Notes: generated from the sequence alone by a model not told the origin. A stretch of 63,220 nucleotides of DNA, filler included, from Lenisia limosa (GCA_001655205.1; 18 parts of 18 records of this genome joined end to end with filler, not necessarily neighbours in it), one strand, 5' to 3'; positions 49,351 through 62,310 are shown, numbered from the whole stretch's first letter. Made by a program: numbers and translations.

Positions 49351-52300
49351 ACAGGATCAACACTCTTCATCTCACCTTCCTCAATGATGTGCATTCCATT
49401 TTCCGAGAAGGACTTGATAAGGCCCTTAACCCGCCTCAATGCACTCTGAACCGGTTAATTATCAATAAATAGGACATATCCTAAACCCTCTACATGCACT
49501 TTTTTATTCCCTCTCTTTAAAAAAACAACCATGGAGAAAAAACTCTAAAAGGCCTCTCCACACCTCATGTATTTTCTCGAGTGCGTTGGCCTCGTTTGGA
49601 TCGTGCTCATCAACAACTGACACCTATTGTGTCAATTTGAGTCAAGTGGAATGTGAAGCATGAGTTACGATAAGAGCGCTGACAAACCAGAGAGCTGTGC
49701 CACAGTGAGATGAAGTTCTTCAAATAGGCCTGAAGGATGGAAATAGTCTCACGAGGAACGTAGTTCTCAAGGTCAAGCTGGAAGAAGTAGTTCTCAACCA
49801 TTGCGTCATTCGCATTGGGAACCTTCAGTGTCAGCTCAGTTGAAGATAGGTTTATAGTATGCTTTAAGAAAACTGATGATGATATGAGGGAGGGGAGTGT
49901 AGTAACTAGTTGAAAAGAAATGAGTGAGCGACGACGCGTACTTGGCTCAGGGCCGTCTGAGTATTGGCATCTTCAGTGGCGTTTTGGCAGCGGAATCCAA
50001 TGTAGTTCAAAGGGTCCAAGAAGGCCATGACATGCCACATCTGTAGCGTTAAGAGCCAACCATGGTGTGGGGGGGGGGGTACTTGCAGAAGCAGGAAACA
50101 ACGTCATCATACATTATATGATCGATAATAATAAACAAGGAAATAAAAAAAACATGAAGCGAAACAGGAAAAAAACATCATTTTAGGATACATTCTCTCA
50201 AGCCCACCTGTGACACGGTGGCATGGACGTATTTGAAGAGCGGCTTCTCCTTCAAAGAATCCAGAACAAAGTCCAAATGGCCCCGAGCAGACGCCGCGTC
50301 AGGCTTGGCAATGGAAAGAACAAGTTTGTGGGGGGTGGCGTGAACAATCTGACGCGGATGAGAGAATTGATGGAATTGTTACCATCTATGCATTATGTAG
50401 AATATAGAAGATTATTATTACACCCATCGGTCCAAGACTCCGTCCCTCCCACAGTGACAGCCATGGCCTCCAAACTAGTGAGGAGCTGTACAAATGTTCG
50501 ATGGGTGAGCGAGTTCACAAATTCTACCAAAAGCGGGTCGTAGAGCTGAAATGGTCAGTTAACTATGGGCTGTGGATCTCAAGAATTTGATCTTCAAAAA
50601 AGAACTCTACAAACGATTATTTGAGAAAAACATTTGCAGTCCCTTGATAGCCGCAAGAATAGAATATCAAAACCAACCAAAGAAGCGCGGGAGGTCAGCC
50701 ATCTGTAGAAGTTTCGAAGGATTTGATCTGCTTCTGCGGAACCTCTTCGGACATTCTCCAGTCTACAGGGTCAGGAAAAATTAAGAAGGATAAGAATATG
50801 ATAGAGTATTATTATGACTGCATGCAGTAAATATGAATGAGTATTAATTATTAGCTCATCATATCATAACAATATTCTACTCTTTTCCTTGTTCCAGGCA
50901 AGGTAATTATTTCATTACATGGGTGAAGATGCTTATGCTGATCCCCTCTAACTGGTGAGTCAAGAGTGTCACCATCAGTTTAAAGTAAGGCAAAACAGCG
51001 CTGGGATCCTTTACTGCTGGCAAACCTCCAATGACTAAACAAATTAGAAAACGTTCACTCCAATGGCCCTGTGTTCCAAAAATAACAAAAATATGATTGA
51101 TATCATCTTTAACAAGTGTTTCATTCTACTCACGGAAGTCGTCATCCTTGTCTTCGGATAGCACAAAAAGATCATGACTGTCCTCTTCCTAAATACGGAT
51201 GAGTCAGGCAATGGAACAACAGCGATAGGATATCATAAAATGATCCCCACCTCCCCCACCTGTGCAATTTGACGATGTTGGAGCGCAGCGTTAAGACTTA
51301 AATGGTCCAAATAAAGCTCAAACACGTAGTCCTTGTAAAGCCCTGTTGGGTTAGTGGATGAAAAGTAAGTAGATGTCCCGAATAGTAGCCCTTTACGCAG
51401 TTCCCCTATTTTTGCAGTATTTGGACAATTTCCATACACGCTTACCAGGCTTAATAACTTCGGTTTTAATCACAGAGTCAGATTCGCCAGTCATATCTTT
51501 ATTGCTCCAAAGAAGACCGTACTTCTCACGGATGTGTCGGGCATAGAAAATGTCCACTACGGGAATGGGTTAGCGAGAGGCATCAGCGTGGCAAGCATAT
51601 TTGTTACATTTGACCAATCTCGTTTCACCTTTCAGGTTCTGCCTCCGTGTCCCAGGCTTACATGTAGCAACAGGTGTATCGAAGTTCATATTACAAAGTG
51701 GCATATTGGCGAAGCGTGATGCTGAAATGTGCGACTGCAAGAGTAAATTAAACCAAAATCGTTACATGATATAATACTATTTGATAAAACTACAAGTAGT
51801 ACTTGGTTTAATAATCACCAAAAATAATACTATGATATTATACCAGAAGGAAACCACTCTGGACTATTTAGCTCCCCCCCTCCCCCACTTGGTACCAAGG
51901 TTCGAGAGAGGCAAAGGCTGCGAACGCAATTTCATAAGTCTTTTCAATCCACTGCAAGGTTAGTCAATAAATTAGGGCAGGGTGGAGACTGTTTTATATG
52001 GAACAAATTCACAAAGATGTCGGAAGCCGCACCTGGAGGGCAGGAAGGTCGGGTCTGCTTGTGGGAGGGCGAAGTACAACGGGGTACTCGCGAAGACCGG
52101 GGATGTAGGAAAAGGCACTTGCTGGGGAGAGGGGGTAATGATGGAAGCGGTTGGCAAATACAGCAAAGATATTGGTCCACTAACCCAAATCATAACCGCC
52201 GGCTTGAAGAACGACAACAGAGGGGGTTGTTGAGGATTCTACAGGTTGTAAGATGAGAATCAGGGAGCGGGAAACAAACCCTTGAAACGTCTGAGAAACG

Positions 52301-55280
52301 TAGTGGCTTGCTGGTGGGCTTTATTCAAAGTACGCACTCGCTCAACCTAGGAAATGAAAAAGTGGGTCGAATACAAAATGTAGCTTATATATTTCAGCTG
52401 GAACCCTCCTCCCCCCTCCCCCCTATACATTAAACTCGAAATCTCCGAAGCTACAGTCTTGTGTGGCTGTTTGCCATGCTTTCTTTGGCTTTGGTAGGTC
52501 GGAGTTACCTGTTTCAACAATCTACAGTGTCAGTACGAGCGATTACCTTTGTTTCTCTATGGAATTGACCCCCCCCCCTCCCCCCATACGTAAAGCATGG
52601 CACTTTGGGTCTCTGAAATGAATACAGCCACTAAAGCTCTCCCTCGGTTGCGTATCTCGAACACGTGGATAGGCGTGGGTGCAACCTGTGTGTAGGTAAA
52701 GCTATCAAAGATATAGTTGAAAACAGAGCACAGGGGCATAAGAGGTTTTATATTGCCACTCACAGCCATGTAAGGAGTGGTGTTAGCGACTGCGGCGGTG
52801 AAGTCATCAATGGAGTAGCGCCCGCGTTTGCGTCGAGCTCGTCTGTAAGGTCAAGGATAGTACATTCATAACAGATGTTATACAATGAGATCAGGAGGCT
52901 TGGCAACTCCACAGATGCCTACGTGTCAGGGTTAGCGGTTCGCGCTAACTTGACACGACAACCAAGGTTCACGCAGGCCGACCAATCTGGGCTGATATTC
53001 AGTTCATAGACGCCTTCTACGTTCGGGTCTGCAGGGGTTAAAGAAGGCTTCGTGAAAATATNNNNNNNNNNNNNNNNNNNNNNNNNNNNNNNNNNNNNNN
53101 NNNNNNNNNNNNNNNNNNNNNNNNNNNNNNNNNNNNNNNNNNNACTAGCACAGCATTCCGCATTTATACGATACATATGGTTGCCTTCACCGATTTCGAT
53201 AATAATATGCATATAAATCGTGGGTAAAGTTCCTTACCTGTTGTGAGGTCATCAACTTCGACAGTGTGTTGTCCGAACTTATCTTCGTTCATTTGGATAG
53301 CGTAGAGGTGATGGAGTGGTCTGTTACGCGGCAAAACACGGCGAATGCTGGCGAGGGAATGTCGTGAGACAGAGCTGAATACAAACATTCGGGTTTAAAG
53401 TGAAGGCCTGTACCCTTACCATTCTTTGGTTTCGTCAACGTCAGGTTTGCGCATATTAACGTAGAAGTCGCGGGTGAGCATGAGAGAGACCTTTTCAAGC
53501 ACGCCATGAGCAGTATAGGCCCAAAGATCGTATATGCCTGGAGTCACGGTGGGAGCAAGGCCAACCAGGTCCCAGTACCCCCTATAAAATTAGCTCAAAT
53601 GCTTCAAGTGGAGGCTCCGAAACGTTATGCATTTGATAGTACAAGCAACCCAATAACAACCCTCTCACAGGGGGGTCCCAATCGGGATATCAGCCTTTTC
53701 TTCAGCCTCCATTGGCTCGGGAAGAGGGGCGGCTACAATACAGTCAGAAGAGGGGGGTGGGAATGTTTTCCACTAAACGGTCCTGATACCATAGTTTTGC
53801 GTGGCGTTGATGACAGGGGCTCCAGTAACAAGGCGCTGACGCATTGCGCGCCATTTTCGCTTTTGATGCTTAAAGGTCAATGACTTCAGAAAAAGTTGGG
53901 GAAAGATCACGTCACCACAATATATTCAGATATTCATCACAACAGGCAGTTACTCTTCAACCTGATAAATACCACCCATTAAACAAGTCAATACATCAAC
54001 TATTTATTAAATATTACAATATTTTTTATTATTATTATTATAAGAATCGGCGCGTACCTTCAACCAAGGGGCAAAGCCGTTAGTTATGAGAGGGGCTGGC
54101 GGAATGTCTGATAGCTCTTCAACCTTGTCTTCCTCTTGCTTTTGACGCTAAAACACAATCAGAGCTGGATTCCATTCTATAATTGGAAGGAAAAGGGACA
54201 CCTAATCCTCTCCACCTTATTCGCCTTGGTCTGGAAGAGTTTTCTTTTCCCCATGTTTGTTGAAGGTCCAATAGGCTTCGCATTGAACATGTCTTCCATG
54301 TCTTCTGAAATAATTAGTACTGGCGTCGTTCACAACCTACAAGTATTTTGACGAAAGGATGCCTTTACAAAAAGCAGATTACCCCCCCCCCCCCCNNNNN
54401 NNNNNNNNNNNNNNNNNNNNNNNNNNNNNNNNNNNNNNNNNNNNNNNNNNNNNNNNNNNNNNNNNNNNNNNNNNNNNNNNNNNNNNNNGTGAGCTGACGG
54501 CTGGTGTCGTTTTGGGCGCTACAGAGATGAATATACCCCTCAAGAACCTTTGCTTTCCCTTACTGTACAGCATATATGATATAGTATACATATTAGGACT
54601 TTGTGCAATTAATTTTGAAATTAATTTTTGCAATTAAAATTATTTCTAGATTTTCAAAAAACAATTCCAAAAATTAATTTAAATTAATTGCAATTATTCC
54701 AAAGTAATCATTTCTTGAACTTTTGAAGAAAGAAGAAAAGGTATAATATATCACATGTATGCATTTATAATTTATGGAAGTACCATTACTATATGTATAT
54801 ACATGTAGGATTTTTATGTATTACCACTCCTATATACATCCCCCCTCACGCAAGCTCTTTATGAAGCCAATCGGGATGCGCAACACGCGGACACGGGTTA
54901 GAGACGTACTGTAGGGCGGCGGGAATAGTGACAAGCTTCCTGATGGTATTGGACACTCTCTCGATGTAGTACTTCCAGTCGAGTATATGTCTGATATCGA
55001 AGTTCGAAAGGCCAGGATCCTGAATGCGATAAGAAAATTGTGAAACGAAAACGTAAGCTCGATATTGGCTAGATGTGAATCATTGATTTCCGCTTTCCCA
55101 CTTGCAGAATAGTGGAAGCGTCCCCTCACCTTCAGCCAGCGTCTCAAGTAGGCCCGCATGACAGACTCCTCGGAGTTGAAGATGTCAGCAGGAATGGCGC
55201 GTTCGGTGACAGGAGCGGTCTCGGGGAATCGTGAGATGATGAACTTGCAGGAGAGTCCCGAGTCTTGAACCATCTAAGAT
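49351..55280 (-). CDS. POLE: DNA polymerase epsilon catalytic subunit, C-terminal half, about 25 exons
   Basis: [28 protein letters not shown]; [45 protein letters not shown]; [10 protein letters not shown]; [19 protein letters not shown]; [22 protein letters not shown]. Confidence 0.95.
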
Positions 55281-55683
55281 CATTAGCAGTGAATGGTANN
55301 NNNNNNNNNNNNNNNNNNNNNNNNNNNNNNNNNNNNNNNNNNTTAATTAATTAANNNNNNNNNNNNNNNNNNNNNNNNNNNNNNNNNNNNNNNNNNNNTG
55401 AACAATGTTATAACACTCATGATCAGATATTAAATTGTCTTGATAGGGCGCTCGCAATGAATATGGATCGCTTCCCCCCTCCAACGAGTTGTCACTTTTG
55501 TTTACGGCTTCTTGGAACTTGGAAATCTTCTCCAGTGACTGTTCGTCCTAAATTCAGTCAAAAAAAAAAGCGTAATTATATAGTACTTAAAATAAGAGTA
55601 AAGAAATCCGCTGTACAGCTACCCAATAGTCTATGGCAATGTTGTTAAATATCAGTAACTGAAACACCCCACCCCCAACTAAC

Positions 55684-57076
55684 ATCAGTTACAGCAACAA
55701 CGTCAACAGCAACATTGTTCTTCTTTAGCTTCTTTCCCAATTTGACCAGGGACGCAACCTCTTCAGCTGAACAGTGAGACGTAGTTACTATTATATTGAA
55801 GAGAAACAAAAGGCTGAATCTGGTTATACCCAGAAAATATTGCCATGCACCTCCCCCCTACTAATTGGAGAGGCGACGAAGGTGACTACTCGTTGTCTTT
55901 GATGCTTGTTTTGCCGGTGCTTCAATACCATCTATGTTGTAAGAGCAAAATCGAGTTCTCTATTCAAAAGCTACGTTTTTTTGATCATCATATGATATAC
56001 AAAAATAGATGAGAAGCAACAGACTTGATATGTTTGGTGATAAGATCTGCACATATTACATTAATATTAGTTTATCACATGTATAGTTTCCAAGATCATG
56101 CAGTGTAGCTCTGGGAAAGCACCTACCGCTGCAACTTCCAAAGATGAGCTGAAATTGGCACTGTATTTTGAGAGTTTCACCTACGGAGGTTAATAAGTGT
56201 AGACCTCAATCAATAGTTTCTATTATTGCTTGTAGCCTGCTTCCCCACTGGGACCATATCTTGGTGCAATGAAGACTGATAAAAATATCGATATATATTG
56301 GCTTATTGATAAACCACGTTCTTGCGAAATATATTCACGCATACCTGGGACACGGCAGTGAGGATGAGACCGACTTCGTTAGTCAGAGTTACTAACACCT
56401 CTGGACTGTCTCCTGCTGACGTCATGACCGCCACCGTGCTTTCATTGTGTTGCTGGGGGCAGGGTGAAATCAGTGGAGAATATTGGCTAAAATCTACTCA
56501 TCAAGAATCAAATAATATGCCAAGCAGAGTAGAAAATAAACACACACACACACACAGATCGTTGTGAGATTGGATGAATGAAAAGGCGCAATCAAATCAA
56601 GTTCAACAGAAAAAATCTAAAGGTTGCCAAAGAAAAGGAAACAAGTGGGAATTATCATCAGAATATCAGAATTCACTGGAGCTCAGAAAACCCCATATTT
56701 AACAAAAAAAAAATCACCGCAACACTTCACGGCTTCCTTTTCTATCACCCCCCATAGATGCCCTTTTCCCGTCTCAGCTTGATATCCTTGACACTTCACT
56801 TCATATCCCACAATGGCAACATATAGCGGTTTTACACACCTGTGTCTTAGCTGTTGTTACCACCGACGCCGCATCCGCCTGTGCCCTAAACCTCGAAGGG
56901 GAGTAGTCAGCTAGATTGTGATCAAATGGGAAAGTCGACATTCATTGAAATCAAAGGCCTGAGACTCCGGAACGTGATTCAGTTGTTCAAAAAATCTTGA
57001 AAGATGATGGAGGGAGCCTACCATTGCGAGACCACTCCGAGTTATCGAGGCAAATCACAGTTGCCTCTAACCCCAT
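55684..57076 (-). CDS. PSMD4: 26S proteasome subunit Rpn10 (vWA domain), 5' part
   Basis: MGLEATVICLDNSEWSRN..DYSPSRFRAQADAA..|QHNESTVAVMTSAGDSPEVLVTLTNEVGLIL..|MVLKHRQNKHQRQRVVTFVASPI|..LVKLGKKLKKNNVAVDVV. Confidence 0.95.
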
Positions 57077-57346
57077 TTGTCAATTTCTTTCAAAACTTCT
57101 ACAAAACTTAATTAAATAGAAAGATAACTTAAATAGATGAGATCTAAAGCCCTAAATCGTTTTCGAGAAAAAAAGTTGAATTTTTACTTTTATATCATTG
57201 CGTTGAGCGCACAATCACGCAAACTATAAAACTAAACTTTTTTTGTTGCGAAAACAATTTCTTTGGGGTATTTAGCTACACTTCAATGATTACATCGTAA
57301 AACTAAGAGCGGCAGGTTGTCGGCCTATTGAATTACTAACGCCAAG

Positions 57347-58603
57347 ATGTCTCAGCACGCGCCCAACCTCTCTCTGGGCATCTGCTGCATGCCTAAGAAG
57401 TATAAGTAAGGATCACAGTTCGATATTAGCATTCTGACGCTTCTTTTTAGGTCGAAACACATGAAGCGGCTTGTTGATCTCCTCTCCAAGGACTTTGAAA
57501 TCGTCGCGTTTTCTGACAAGATCATGGCATTACCACCTGAAGAATGGCCGGTAGTCGACTGTATGATCGCTTTCTACAGTGACTTCTTCCCCTTCAATGA
57601 TGGTGGCTGGGTTGCGGAATTTGCTAGAAGGGCAGAGGAGAATTTCTCCGGAAAAATTATGTCATCTTCTGCTATTTATTTAAATAGTCATGTTGAAGTA
57701 GTCAAAATATGTTCAGAAATATCGTTTAACATAAGTCTTCAATCAAAGAGTGTTTTATAACGTTTTCATGATTTCGTTTCTTGGAAAGCCTAACTGACAT
57801 CTCAAAACGGCAATATTGAAATTTGATTAAATTGTAAAACAAGAAATGATAAGGAAATTTTAAGTCGAAATTTCATAGAATTAAGATGTGAAAGTATGTG
57901 AATGGAATTTATCCGAAATATCGGGCCACACCTGAGTATTCACATCATAATCATACTCTTTTCTGATAATTGGTGTGGAGGCGATATTTATTGTAATATG
58001 TGAAAAATATGACCATCTCTCCTTGGAATTTTTTATTGCTATTCAGCACTAAGTTTTTTCCAAGCAAACAATAAACCTCGTTGGGAAAGATCATCCGAAT
58101 CCAAAGTATCTGTCGATTGAAACCATTCCTAACCATTGTAGTACTCACTTACCTTGACAACCACCCCAATGTGGCGATGCTAAACGACCTAAAGCCCCAA
58201 AAGTGCCTACTGTCACGAGAAGAAGCATATAAGTTGGCAAGCAATTCGATTGTCAAAGTGGTTGTTGGTCTCTTATCAAGAGCTGCTATAAAACAGTATT
58301 AGATTTATTGATGTTCTTGAACCACCATATAATATCTATAGTTCCGCATTATTGTCATTATTTTACACTAATTCATTTGTATTATGATTATATCTTACAT
58401 GTATAGTATTATATCATATAATATCATATGTATACAACTAGCAATGTTACGTTTATGCTTAAATTTTAAAATTATTGGATACATCGTGCCCACCTCCCGA
58501 AAGATAACAGCTTAGCGTGTTAGAAGCTGAAGACATTCCGCTACCGCCCCACGTGATTTCTTCAAGTGATCACCCTGCCGAGAGGGTTGAAAACGGCATA
58601 AAG
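57347..58603 (+). CDS. PPIP5K: Diphosphoinositol-pentakisphosphate kinase (Vip1/PPIP5K), N-terminal kinase-domain fragment
   Basis: LGICCMPKKYKSKHMKRLVDLL..EEWPVVDCMIAFYSDFFP..LNDLKPQKCLLSREEAY..EAEDIPLP matches GICSMAKKSKSKPM..NWPLCDCLISFHSKGFP..INDLNMQ. Confidence 0.88.
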
Positions 58604-58872
58604 GTCGGGTTTCTTTGAAAATATGAAAAGACATGAAAATAATATACTATTCACAATAAAGACTCCATACAAAAAGTTCAGTGCTAACCTACAATAAATC
58701 ATACTCTCACTGTCTTTTTCATGTTAGATACCCTAGTCGGTACTAAGTCCTTTACCTCCCCCCCCCCCCCCCNNNNNNNNNNNNNNNNNNNNNNNNNNNN
58801 NNNNNNNNNNNNNNNNTTAATTAATTAANNNNNNNNNNNNNNNNNNNNNNNNNNNNNNNNNNNNNNNNNNNN

Positions 58873-60723
58873 CCCTTGACGTAGCCTCCACGGTTCTGGT
58901 CGTGGAGCACAGCGTGACGATGACTGCCAAGTCAGAATCGGGATATTCTGAAACAAACAAAACCTCGGTTACCTTAACAATTGACATACACGAGTATTCC
59001 TTCAAACACACAAAACGACACCCCCCTCTTATGAATTCAGAACAGCACCCCCCTCTGATGAATTTATTTGTAGATTTCTAATGTATATTATGTCCCTTGC
59101 CCCTACCTGAACGTGCCTCTCTCCGCATCCTGCCCGGCAAGACGAACGGGAACACNNNNNNNNNNNNNNNNNNNNNNNNNNNNNNNNNNNNNNNNNNNNN
59201 NNNNNNNNNNNNNNNNNNNNNNNNNNNNNNNNNNNNNNNNNNNNNNNNNNNNNNNNNNNNNNNNNNNNNNNNNNNNNNNNNNNNNNNNNNNNNNNNNNNN
59301 NNNNNNNNNNNNNNNNNNNNNNNNNNNNNNNNNNNNNNNNNNNNNNNNNNNNNNNNNNNNNNNNNNNNNNNNNNNNNNNNNNTATAGGATACAAACTTCA
59401 CCCACTCATATGCCTAACAACTCTGTACTATCTGCGGGCCTCCCCAGAGTTTTATAATACGGGATTGAACATTGTACAACTATCTAAGAGACCTTTTTGG
59501 TACAATAGAGCTTTTAACGCACGAAAATCCCCCTGCATACTCTTTCTAATGCCCCTTCCCCACCAGTCAAGACCCTTGCCGGTTCTAATGCCCCTTCCCC
59601 ACCAGTCAAGACCCTTGCCGGTTGTGAACATGTTTTGTTTCTTCTCCAAAAGCTGGGGGGTGAGAGAATGAGACAGTTTGATAAAAACGAAGATGACTAA
59701 GTATATCACATTTTATGATGAAGCCCAATATATTATGATTATATTACATACGCACATGGTACACCGACCGCAACAAGTATATTGAGCTTTGTCGTTGGTC
59801 AATCGTATCATAACTTATCCACGGCCAGACAACATACCTTGCTGATGTTCTTGTGGATTGTAAGCTTCTCAGGAAGGTCAGTGAGCGCCTTTCCGACTTG
59901 GTGAATTACCTACAGTGTCAGAATACACGCTTTAAACAGTGTGGATATGGCCAATAGAATTACATTCTGCGCAACAGTGACCAACAGAGTCACATCAAAT
60001 CGTTCAAGACTTATTCAAGGAAAATCACGACCATAGTATCCCCATTACCTTCTCGGAAATGCCAGTAGCCAGAGTGTCGTTGATGGGCGTAACGAAAGAC
60101 TTGAAACCGTCCTTAGCGGTCAAAAGGAAAATGGAACAATACAGTGTATGTCACAAGTTTGCACAAATAATAAAAAAAGCCCACGTACCCAGTTTTTCTC
60201 AAGCCAGTCCTCGGGGTGGAAAACGACGTCCTTCGACTTCTTAAAGGCCTCAGTCAGATGCTCGTGGTACTGCAGGGTTAATAATAATAAGGTGGTTGTG
60301 GTACTGCGACGGGACAACTTAGGTTATGATTCTGATAAAAAATAGTAAACTCCAGGCGTTTCCAAAACAAATAGCAGCTCATTTATTGAGGCGTTTAGGT
60401 CCCATCCCCTCACAGATGTCAGCATTTTCTTGGCAGTTTTGGGATCAGTGACGTCTAAGTTCGTAAATAACTAGTTCGTAGGCCATATTATTAGAGTAGA
60501 ACTTGGAGAAAGTGTAATGTATCACTGTAATCAGCCCCTCCAACTTTCATTTGCAAGCTTCTCGCGATATTGCTTCTACAAAACAGTTAATCAGGAATGA
60601 AAGTGAAGTCGCATATCCCCAACTCAAATAAAGGTTCCTAGGCTCACGGCCCTCCTACGAGTGCAGGGGGGTGCGACTTGATTTTGCTGTACATGAACGG
60701 TTGAGTGAAAGACGGTTCGTCAC
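58873..60723 (-). CDS. OGDH: 2-oxoglutarate dehydrogenase E1, central fragment
   Basis: DEPSFTQPFMYSKIKSHP; DWLEKNW|DGFKS; LTDLPEKLTIHKNISK|LLEKKQNMFTTGKGLDW; VPVRLAGQDAERGTF|SHRHAVLHDQ. Confidence 0.93.
59546..59623. repeat. Perfect 39-bp tandem duplication spanning an OGDH exon end and 5' splice site
   Basis: CTAATGCCCCTTCCCCACCAGTCAAGACCCTTGCCGGTT x2. Confidence 0.92.
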
Positions 60724-62310
60724 CTATGGGGTGGGGGGTGAAAAGAAGGAAATTTCGATACAAAATATTGGCGTAAAGGTACCAATCACGAACCGAATAA
60801 TGTATAACTTCCAAAAAAGAAAAAAGAAACAGGCAATAATAAACACGAGCAACCAACACAAAAACTAGACAAAAACAAAATACAAAAACAAGACCGAGGG
60901 CAAAGAGAGAAACACAACCCTGAGATAACACAAAGCATCAAGCAATTACGAANNNNNNNNNNNNNNNNNNNNNNNNNNNNNNNNNNNNNNNNNNNNTTAA
61001 TTAATTAANNNNNNNNNNNNNNNNNNNNNNNNNNNNNNNNNNNNNNNNNNNNTCCTTTGACATGAACCATCCGCCGCCGTCAGCAACAGGCGATGACAGC
61101 GTCCACGTCTTCCCCGGCCTGGGCTTTACATTGCCCTCGGTATGGGGGGGTATGAATTTGCGAAATGAAAAACAAAGGGAAACTATATTTTATATTGTCA
61201 AAAGGCTGAAATCAACAACTCCTCAATAAATTGCAATAGTTCACCCCTTTTCCCCTGTTGTTTACCTGGTAGTCTCAGGAGCTGAAGGCACGAAGGCGGC
61301 AGCTTATCGGTTCAAACTCCCTCAAAACCAAGGCTCTTGTAACTGGTTTGCCAGGACTTGCATTTTTACTTCACATCTCATTGACCCCCTCCAAGGGATG
61401 GAAAACACTTTCAAATGATTTGGCCTGAGGGTTTTTTTTACTCCCCCCCCCCCCCTNNNNNNNNNNNNNNNNNNNNNNNNNNNNNNNNNNNNNNNNNNNN
61501 NNNNNNNNNNNNNNNNNNNNNNNNNNNNNNNNNNNNNNNNNNNNNNNNNNNNNNNTTGCACGCTTTTTTTGTTACGATTTAGGGCGAAAGGCGAAAGCCA
61601 CATATGGCAGGGATCTCAAGGGCGTCTACACCCCCACATTGACGCCTTGTCAGTCGACAGAGATCCCCTAGGTATTATTTCGTTGTTTTGATATGAGAAG
61701 CACGGTGTTGACTGTGTATTATTTTGTTTATTTGGCTTATTTGTTTTCTTCGGTTATTTGGTTTCTTTGGTTTCTTGATTCTAATTTGGTGATGTTATTT
61801 AATTTCCTGTCTCTTTTTATTTGGGTGACTTACCGACACGTTTCTACTGACACTTTGCAATCGATAACAAAACTATGGAATATCAGATGAAAACCACTCT
61901 TGGAGAGATAGATACGCCACTAGGGGATGGAAGGTTATTCTGTGCTTGAGATACACTGAGGATTGTTATTATTGATAAACAAAACATTGTCAATTAAATC
62001 AATGACAAACAACAAACAAGACGATAATTTGCGTAACTCCACCAGCTAAAAGCCCAAAGCCCTGTATCAAATGAAATGATGGTCTCCAAGGAGGATTGTA
62101 CCCCCAGATTATAATTAATATTTAAGAAAATGTGAAAGTGTGAAAACATGATGTATTAGACTAATTAACTCACTATATTATAACTGTGTTGTAGTTAATT
62201 AATAGTAGAATAGTGCTCCACAATTAAATTTACCTTATAGTGATTCTTATATCGGATTTTGAATAGTGTTCGTCAATTTTATGCAGTTATGTTAGTTATT
62301 TAATACAAAG

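Larger units (their letters stand above)
3231..61052. other. 17 artificial scaffold-joining linkers (44N-TTAATTAATTAA-44N); 12-mers start at 3275, 11669, 18569, 21658, 26008, 29392, 31224, 36893, 38497, 41380, 44865, 46070, 47669, 49295, 55343, 58817, 60997
   Basis: Identical palindromic 12-mer with stops in all six frames, centred in a 100-bp N block; genes are cut off at each linker. Confidence 0.97.

Noticed and set aside
10459-55280. Non-standard genetic code
   Set aside because: No in-frame stops in conserved exons; profilin and GMPPB end in TAA and PRPF3 ends in TAG at the expected positions.
59595-59610. GC-AG donor after OGDH ...MFTTG
   Set aside because: The exon continues GKGLDW to a canonical GT donor that matches the conserved sequence.
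3275-61008. Regularly recurring palindrome TTAATTAATTAA as a biological repeat or CRISPR-like array
   Set aside because: Always centred in exactly 100 bp of N with stops in six frames: an artificial concatenation linker.
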